Source of the DNA: Eledone cirrhosa
Taxonomy: Eukaryota
Length of the DNA stretch: 64,000 nucleotides
Direction: 5' to 3'
NCBI GenBank assembly: GCA_964016885.1
Contig: OZ024740.1
Coordinates: 122,512,001-122,576,000, forward strand
Shown here: one piece after another, positions 54,851 to 64,000 of the stretch
How positions within the stretch are numbered: position 1 is the first letter of the stretch
Layout: every line of letters begins with the position of its first letter
Position numbers and translations under genes: made by a program
Notes under the pieces: model-generated
Told to the model about the DNA's origin: nothing
Database searches by the model: none
What the model saw: the letters and a program-made list of their open reading frames with translations, nothing else

Positions 54851-55158
54851 TCTCAAAATCTCCCTTACAAGTGGTATGTTCTCTAAGTAGTTAAAACACA
54901 CCCTATGAGCCATATGTAATGTTCTGTCACAATAAATATTTAATAAACAACTATTTATTATCCTGAAATCAAATCTAATTATTAGCCTCTATCTCAAAGT
55001 TGTTATATATCCTTGTATTAGTTATATTCATGTGTCTACTGCCATGTTGGAGCACTGCATTACAATGTTTGGTAGTTTGGATAAACCCCAGTATTTCACT
55101 TGACATTTATTTGATAAAATCATTGAACATTGCAGGATTTGAACTTTGAACATAAAGT

Positions 55159-55314
55159 CATCATCATCATCATCATCATCAACGTTTAACGTCCGTGTTC
55201 CACGCTTGCATGGGTTTGGACGGGGGTTTTCCCACTTGAGGCAAGAGTGATTGTCTTGCTCGCATAGGACTGTCTGGCAGGTTTTCTACAGTTGGATGCC
55301 CTTCCTAACACCAA
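55159..55314 (-). mobile_element. Short 3' tip of the young RTE family, apparently inserted into a decayed SINE A
   Basis: Almost exact reverse complement of 6827-6980; SINE-like sequence on both sides (55060-55158, 55315-55365). Confidence 0.88.
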
Positions 55315-55369
55315 TTAATAAAAAAGAACATTTCTCTGACATTGCATTGATTCTGCCTCCCTCTCTATT

Positions 55370-55423
<54 letters not shown>

Positions 55424-55458
55424 TGTATGTATGTATATATATATATATATATATATAT

Positions 55459-56064
55459 GTCAGGTCACCAGTTGGTGCTACTGGTAACATGTATCCCAGT
55501 ACAACCTGTCCCATGGTCGGGTCGTTGGCGACTAAACTGGCAACCCCACCAAGGTTTCTTGGTGAGGAGGGTGACTTTGGACATCCTGCAGGACTAAAAA
55601 CAAAACCTGTCAAAGGGTAAAGGAGCTCTTAAGAGTCAATGGCCATCCAAAATCACCGGGAGAGATGACCCCTTAGCCTTTGTCAAGGCAGAATTCTAGG
55701 AGAAGGAAAACTCTGATATAACACCTGCAACCCTGATGGTATCCAATGATGTTGACTTGTTCTTCTTTTTGGTAAATATCATCTTGGTTAAGAGAGTGGG
55801 ACTGGCTTTGTGCAGTGCCTTTGCTCACTATAAAAGCTTCACGGCACAGGCATTGCTTTATATCTGGAGATCTCTCTGCACTTGTCGTCACATGGTACCA
55901 TGGGCCCAGCACTATGTGTCAGTAATTGTCACAAGTGTAGTGTTTGTACCAGAGTTTTCAAGTCGCTGGCTGGACTAAAAAGTCACACTCGTTCAGCGCA
56001 TCGGTAGGGGTTCTCCTACATGGATATAAAGTAGTGGCCGTACTCGAAAACGAGTTGGCAGCCA

Positions 56065-56087
<23 letters not shown>
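55459..56087 (+). mobile_element. Bipartite non-autonomous RTE derivative (5' UTR joined to 3' end)
   Basis: 55665-55865 aligns with the 5' UTR of the RTE at 48880-49085 (minus); 55930-56006 encodes CSVCTRVFKSLAGLKSHTRSAHR*; ends ctcgaaaacgag hairpin then (TA)n. Confidence 0.75.
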
Positions 56088-56104
<17 letters not shown>

Positions 56105-56184
56105 GTTATTCCGGGTTGAATCAGAGGTAACCACAGTAAGTAAGGTACTCAATACATTGCAGAGTATAAAAGTTCTAATATAGA

Positions 56185-56239
56185 TGAGATTCTACAGGAC
56201 TAGAACTGTTTCATTCTTTAGAAATCATCAGGAACCTCA
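56185..56239 (-). ncRNA. Type I hammerhead ribozyme
   Basis: tgaggttc CTGATGA t-ttc-taaa-gaa-t GAAA cag-ttctagtc-ctg TA gaatctca: 8-bp stem I, 4-bp stem III, GUA cleavage triplet. Confidence 0.8.
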
Positions 56240-56241
56240 GT

Positions 56242-56290
56242 GATTCCTGATGATTTCTAAAGAATGAAACAGTTCTAGTCCTGTAGAATC
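56242..56290 (+). ncRNA. Type I hammerhead ribozyme (inverted copy, 5-bp stem I)
   Basis: gattc CTGATGA tttctaaagaat GAAA cag ttctagtc ctg TA gaatc. Confidence 0.75.
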
Positions 56291-56946
56291 TCATCTATAT
56301 TAGAACTATATATATATATATATATATATATACACCCACATGCAAGCAAACAAACAAACAAATAAGGAAGCAGATATTTCCATATTAATTGCTTATTGAT
56401 GCTAAGCTTCTATGAATAGACAAAATCCCAAACCGACAACATTTCAGATCCATGCATATATCCTTTATTAATTTATAATAGTAATAACAAGTTGCAGCAT
56501 CGCTGATTCTTCAGATTTGATGAAGTTACATACATTTATTTTAGATATATGTACAATAAAATATTCTTTAAATAATACATACATACCAACACTCATTCTT
56601 CGAAAGCAATATTTCCATCAACAATCATAGAAAAATTTATTGAATAAACAAAAAATATACAACTATAGAACTCATTATTAATACACCCAAATTACATTTA
56701 ATATTTGTTGAAACTATTGGAATAACAAAAATGGATTGATGTATTGTTGTTTTTTGTTGCCTGGTTGCTTGCTTGGTTGTAGCAGGGCTAAGATCAATAT
56801 AAGGTTGTGGATCAAAGGAGGAGATAATTTGATTAATACACATAATATATACAATGAGATAATATATTTATGTATCCACACACACATATATATGTATATA
56901 TGTGTGTGTATGTGTGTGTGTGTATGTGTGTATTTATGTATATATA

Positions 56947-58650
56947 TCATCATCATCATCATCATCGTTTAACGTCCATGTTCCACGCTTGCATGGGTTT
57001 GGACGTTAGTTTTCCCATTTGAGGCAAGAGTGGTTGTCTTGTTCGCATAGGACTGTCTGGCGGGTTTTCTACAGCTGGATGCCCTTCCTAACACCAACCA
57101 CATTTACAGTGTGGGACTGGGAGGTTTTTACCGTGTTGCCTACACGGCCACATTACAGCGTGGACTGTGTGTTTTTTTGTCATGACACCTACACGATCTC
57201 ATTTGTTTCGGCCTGGATGTTGTGGCACCAACATAACTTTGCATTGAAAGGGGCGGGGTGGATGGGGCGGGGGTGTATTTTGTTAGAGATGCCTACTGAC
57301 TGTAGTAGGTTTTACTTTGTATTTAGGTAAGGCGGGTCTTCTCTATTACTGAGTGCCGCCAAAGATCTCGGTCCAGTGACATTGTCTTGGAGAGGTGTAA
57401 GTGTGTGAGGTCGGAGTTTATCAGGTCGTCCCAGGTTTTTCTGGGTCTGCCTACTCCGTGGCTACCGTCTATCTTTATTGCCCTGCACTTTTTTATACAG
57501 CTGTCGTCTGTCATGCGCATCACGTGACCATACCAATGTAGCCTTCTCTCGAGTAAACAACATCTGATCCCTCTTATTTCTAATTTTTCCCTTAGTTCGT
57601 TTATGCTTTGCCGTTCGCGTATGTTACTATTACACATCCAGCGGAGCATGCAAGCTTCATTCCTCTCTAGTCTGCGTATATCCTCTGCACACAATGCCCA
57701 GGTCTCACTGCCATGCAACATTGCCGTTCGTATGCAGGCATCATACAGCCTGCCTTTCATTTTTAGGGAGAACCCTTTAGCAGCTAATAGTGGTATAAGC
57801 TCTCTGAACTTTTTCCATCCTGTTCTGACTCTAGCTACTGTACTTTCAGAGAACCCTCCCCCACTGCTGATTTTGTCACCCAGGTAACGGAAGCTGTCCA
57901 CTATTTCTATAGAACCCTCTGCGCAATTGAAAGAGCTAGTATTTTGTGGGCACTTGCTGCTACTTTTTGCACCAGAGCACCGGCCACATGTAAAATCTAT
58001 GTTCTTAGTTAGCTTACCTATGATCCCACTACATCTTTTATGCACCCATACTTTGCATTTGGGACATAAAATGGAGTTTCTCCCTATGCCTTTCCTACAC
58101 ACTGAGCATGGCCATTTCCCGGAAGGGACCGGCGCCATATTTTCTTTCCTATAAACTAGAACTTTAGTCTTAGCCAGGTTAATTTTAAGGCCTTTTGATT
58201 CTAGGCCGTGCTTCCATGTTTGGAATTTCTTCTCTAACTCGGTCATTGATTCAGCTGTGAGCGTTAGATCATCTGCGTGTAGGAGTTCCCATGTGCAGCC
58301 GGTCTTGAACTCCACGGTTATAGCCTGAAGGGCAATAATAAATAGTAGGGGACTAAGAACAGAGCCCTGATGAACACCAACTTTTACGCTAAACTCTTCA
58401 CTATATTCGTTGTTAATTCTAACCTTGCTGACTGTTTCTTTATACATGGCTTGTATAGCTCTCACAAGCCATTCATCAACACCTAGTTTTCTAAGAACCC
58501 ACCAGATAATGGAACGGGGGACTCTGTCGAAGGCTTTCTCCAAGTCGACGAAAGCTAAGTATAGGGGTTTACTTTTAGCTAGGTACTTCTCCTGTAGTTG
58601 TCGTACAATGAAAAGAGCGTCTGTGGTACTTTTGCCTGACACAAACCATA
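56947..58650 (-). mobile_element. Young 5'-truncated RTE LINE
   Basis: Uninterrupted RT-to-stop frame, 3' UTR and (GAT)n tail. Confidence 0.95.
57323..58650 (-). pseudogene. RTE reverse transcriptase C-terminal ~440 aa with embedded PHD-type finger; no native start, YADD reads HADD
   Basis: FVDLEKAFDRV, GVHQGSVLSP, LLHADDL, GLKIN..KTK, C4HC3 motif, FRYLG, AMLHGSETW, WYGHV, GRPRKTW. Confidence 0.9.
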
Positions 58651-59524
58651 TCTTCAAGTGTAACATCCATATCTTCAAGTGTATGTTATGGTATATATAC
58701 ACACACACTTTCACACACCGTAGCGATGTCCGACAAAAAACAAATATAATAAATATAAGAATGTACCAACACAGCACTCACCGAAAGTTAGTGCACAAAT
58801 CAACAGAAGCTATCTCGGTCAAATCTCAATTTGACGATATAAATTGGAAATATTGGGTTAAGCAACGCCCCCCACATATATACACACGCGCGCGTGCGCA
58901 AGTAAGTTCAGTTCAGTGTTCTGCTCTACGTGTAAAGATCGAATTGTAACATCCATATCTTCAAATGTATGTTATGGTATATACACATCCGAGTCGTCCA
59001 AAAAAGGATATGTCCGGGAATATACAGATCCATGTGAAGAGCAGGCAATCAGCTCATGTCGAACTCCTTGTGTGCCGCTGTCCCATTGAGAATCAGTGTT
59101 ACCAAATCCATGCGTGCAAGCAACTGCAATGTAGGCCGGCAAAGGGCTCCGTGTAGGGTTGGGTATTGGGTAAATGCGTCCGCAAGTGCGATTTCCCGTC
59201 ATATGGGCCAATGAGCTTTTAAGATAGTTGTTTGAGTGGTGGAGGTGTGTTATCCAACACAGAAGGTGAAGTAAGAAAACACAGGACAGTCAAATCCAAA
59301 GGAAGTGTGTAGGCCCATTAATGGTGTGTCAGTATTATTGTTCAATCCGTAACAGTGAGTCCACCATGGTTAGATGATCACGCATCAGAACCTGGTGTTG
59401 TATTCAGTCGGTAGGAACGTGACAGTCGTAATTGTGGGAGCTCAATGTCTAAAGGAAACGGGTACTGTGTGTAGAGCTATGTATAGAGAGCGTAATCGGT
59501 CCTAACTAAGTGTGTAACTAAGTG

Positions 59525-59526
<2 letters not shown>
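58646..59526. other. Unclassified, more GC-rich insert with partial tandem repeats, abutting the RTE 5' truncation
   Basis: tgtaacatccatatcttcaa.tgtatgttatggtatata at ~58659 and ~58945; ccatatcttcaagtgta also at 58646; ends at a TA run. Confidence 0.45.
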
Positions 59527-59560
<34 letters not shown>

Positions 59561-59744
59561 TTACATACAAACGTACGTACATACATACATGCACACAGAC
59601 ACACACACATACATATAGAATTAATGTGTGACCAAGCATTTTACAGGCACATATAATCTTCACATAGTTTTCAGTGAGATTCTGCAAGACAGAGCATGTA
59701 AAAAAGGCAGGCACTTTGAATTACATGACAGGACAACCCAGACG

Positions 59745-60250
59745 GTTACAAAATTGAGGGGATAGGTGTAAAAGAAAAAACTGGCTGTATTCCTGGTATT
59801 CCTGCCAACTCTTACCGATGGATCATGAATCTTGAGTAATGCCCGAAAGAATACAATTGAAAATAAAAGTGGCAGAAATGGGATTCCTCCGAAGGGCCTT
59901 TGGAGTAACGTTACTCGATAAAGTGCATGGCTTAGAGACCAGAGAGTGACTCCTAGCAGAACAACTCCTTCTCCGAATTAAGAGATCACAACTCCAACAT
60001 TATGAGCAAGTGGTTAGAATGTCTCAGTAAAGAATCGCTGGACACATTTTACAGGCAAAACCAAGCGTCAAGAGACTCAGAAGTAGACCCTGAGCAAGAT
60101 AGTTGGATCACATCCATGAACTTGGTTGGTCACGCTTTGGGATCCAGCTGGATCAGTTAGAGATGTTTGCTACTGACAGACTAGAAGGAGTGTTTGAGAA
60201 GGACTCTCTCCCCACGACCCTCTCAGAAATAAGTGGGTGAAGAAGAAGAT
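59745..60250 (+). mobile_element. Expander-like RTE 3' fragment with short (GAA)n tail
   Basis: PTLTDGS*ILSNA / AEMGFLRR..GVTLLDKV motifs; 3' end ccccacgaccctctcagaaataagtgggtgaagaagaag matches 8490-8520 (minus). Confidence 0.8.
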
Positions 60251-60354
60251 ATTGTCAATTTACATATATCTATATGCATATATATTTGCGTTTAATACTA
60301 ACGTGCACACTACATACGCTAGCAGAAAATCACCCTAGGCGGTTTTTCTGCTAT

Positions 60355-60434
<80 letters not shown>

Positions 60435-60556
60435 GAGATGAAAGAAGAATACTGCGTGGTTTGCATATGGGTTACATATGATAAATATAGTCCTTCGTCA
60501 GTGATTTGCCAACCATCATTGGTATTTCATCGCATATATATATATATATATATATA

Positions 60557-60772
60557 CCTCTTCAAGGCAGCCGACCAAACTAGAAACTGCTAAATATGTG
60601 GCCGTCTTCTTGTCTCTCTGCCTTTTCAGCCCCATGGATTATATTCCTTTGTTAAATTTCGAATACCTGCCTGCTGATGTCACCGGATTCATACTGAACC
60701 CTGTCATTGAAATGTTCATAGTATAATAAACCTTTAAGGAATTACACCAGTCCAGCCTCCTGTTGTTTTATA
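60557..60772 (+). mobile_element. Probable PLE terminal-repeat relic with eroded hammerhead
   Basis: cCTGCTGA tgtcaccggattca-tac-tgaaccctgtca-tt GAAA tgttc followed by aataaa; bounded by TA runs. Confidence 0.4.
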
Positions 60773-60789
60773 ATATATATGTATATATA

Positions 60790-61799
<1,010 letters not shown>

Positions 61800-63295
61800 G
61801 AGTACATTTGTGTATGGTTGAATATGTTTGCTCAGTGTAAATAATTTGCACTCATAAAGAGAACTTTATATGCTCACATTTATCCTTGGTAATTTATGTT
61901 TATCTTTAAATATACAGAACGATTGTCCATAAATTCTGGAAAACACTGTTAGAATTATTATTAATACTACTTTTATGATCGATAATGCTATTATTATAAG
62001 AATTACTATTTTCAGCAGCTGCACTATAAACATCATCTGCATGTAAAAAGCAATATATTCATGTTTTGTATATTGATAAATAACATAAATTATGAATCTA
62101 ATTACAATACAATTCTCGAAATGACTGAATGCTTCATGATATTTTACTTCAAATCACTTTTCCAGTTTTCCCTTCTCCTTTACGTTTGATTGACTCTTGT
62201 TTTATGGATTTGGAAAATAACATTCTGATTTAATGCTTTCTTATTCCACTTCAATATCAGTTATCACAGATTATAACAGACAAAAATGTTGCCTACTACA
62301 CAGAGCAAATTAAATCATAGAAACTAGTAATGAAAAATCCAGACCTAGGATCAAACATTATTGTACTACACAATAGAAATCAGATCACACCATATTTATT
62401 TGTCTTGGTTTCATTTTACAAGCTACTTTAAACTTCTAGTACTATTATATAAAACTACTTGTTTTATGCATTTTTTCTATGCTAGCATGGTTTAGATAGG
62501 TGTTCCCTGTTCAATTTTAGATGGGCAAATGAAGCAAATCTTGCTCATGCATTCCATATTCTAACATGATTTCTGCCCTCCTGAATGACAATTCATTTGT
62601 AGAATATACTAGGACCATTTTAATCATAGCACCAACACTACACTTTTTAGGTGTATCCATATGTAAATTAAGACCTTACAATATAATTTTATGTGTGATC
62701 ATTTCGTTTCGTTTTGCTCTGTACATTGGTTCAATAATGAAACAGTTAGTTATTTTATTAAATTTATAAATATTTTCAAAATTAATTGAAATTTATTGAC
62801 AGTGTATTCCATTAGAAATATGGTCACAAAAATTATATTATCATCAACATCACCATTACACAGGTCTTCCATGTAGCTAATTACCAGTTGTCTTAATACT
62901 CAGAGATATCCTCAGTAGTTGTTTCTCTGTTTTCTCATATAAGTACATTTTACTATCAGTGTAATGCACTTTATCCACACAACAATCATCATTCATTTTC
63001 CCTCAGATGTCTGTAGCAGCATAGGTGGTTCACATGCATAAATTGCTTACAGTATATAATGCCTCATTACTATCTCAGTCCATTTGTCAAATTACATTTC
63101 TTGTATATCCCTATTGTAACTAATCTTGTATATATAGCATTTTAAGCCCCATTTCTTTACTAATCAGCCAGAGAGCTCATTACATCTTCAGTGTACTCCT
63201 TATTTTCATGAATTACACAATATCCTGTTCCTACTTCCACCTATCTTGTATATCAAGAAATCTATATGAAGATATAGTGGTCTCAGTTACTAAAT

Positions 63296-63612
63296 TCATC
63301 ATCATCATCATCATCATCATTTTACGTCAGCTTTTCCCTGCTTGCAAGGTTGGGACGCGAACTGATTCTAGCTTGATTTCTGCAGCTGGATGCCCTTCCT
63401 AACACCAACCTCATTTACAGTGAGTGTTGGGTGCTTTTGTTGCGGGACCTACACGACCACTTTGCAGTGGAATGATAGGGACCCCAGTAAACTGGAGCAA
63501 TGTGAAATAAAGTGTCTTGCTCAAGGAAACAACACATCACCCGGTCTCAGAATTGAACTCACAACCTTTCGATTGCAAGCCCAATGCTCTAACCACTAAG
63601 CCGTGTGCCTCC
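63296..63612 (-). mobile_element. SINE family B with RTE-derived tail
   Basis: Reverse complement closely matches 34434-34760. Confidence 0.85.
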
Positions 63613-64000
63613 AATTGTACATTAATATTTATTATGTTGAAAATTACACCTTTATAATGTAGGACATATCTTTCAGGTTTGAAATATATTCTGCAGTTAT
63701 TAGATAGACAGATCATGTTACAATGCGTGGGCCCCCATTTGCTCAAAATAGTGGGAGATGGGGAAAGCAGGAGAGACAGAGGCAGTGACATTGGGAGTTT
63801 AGTTCTATTGTGTTCAGACCTTACATATATGTATATATTTATTTACCATACTACATTGATTATAGAAAACAATCATCTGTTATATAACAACTCAAGAATA
63901 TTATCATGTGAGCTCAAAGATTACAATCAATATTAGGGGCTTGTAGATAGAACCTTAATGAACATCTATTTCAATAACAATTGCCAAGTGAACAACTATG

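Larger units (their letters stand above)
56171..56307. repeat. Perfect 64-bp inverted repeat with 9-nt spacer (probable PLE pLTR inversion; unit 56104-56307 between TA runs)
   Basis: Arms 56171-56234 and 56244-56307 are exact reverse complements; spacer cctcagtga. Confidence 0.93.

Noticed and set aside
58651-58777. N-terminus of the 484-aa ORF as a real protein start
   Set aside because: Comes from flanking non-RTE sequence fused at the 5' truncation; not RT-like.
60320-60355. tagcagaaaa...ttttctgcta hairpin as a terminator
   Set aside because: Eukaryotic context with no associated gene; a short palindrome of unknown origin.
60430-60535. Possible nested hammerhead relic on the minus strand (ctgacga; catatg/catatg stem)
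   Set aside because: No GAAA core, so it cannot be folded as a hammerhead.

Overview
AT-rich eukaryotic DNA that is almost entirely transposon debris and microsatellite. The SINE and RTE families resemble those of octopus/cephalopod genomes (inference from recalled repeat sequence, not a database hit). No host protein-coding gene, rRNA, tRNA gene or CRISPR array can be supported, and nearly all short ORFs in the track are artefacts of repeats. Recognisable content: several RTE-clade LINE families (one young family with a PHD-type zinc finger inside the RT), an R4/Dong-like and a CRE-like RLE retrotransposon, CR1/L2-like relics, at least three Penelope-like elements (PLEs; one near full length with RT + GIY-YIG and direct/inverted pseudo-LTRs), tRNA-derived SINEs, two non-autonomous Helitrons, TTAA-flanked MITEs and a deleted mariner. 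The most interesting signal is non-coding: a set of type I hammerhead ribozyme motifs, several with a mismatched first pair of stem II. They include a back-to-back sense/antisense pair in a perfect 64-bp inverted repeat and one with a ~90-nt stem II. A ~630-bp bipartite RTE-derived non-autonomous element is also notable. Boundaries of decayed elements are approximate.
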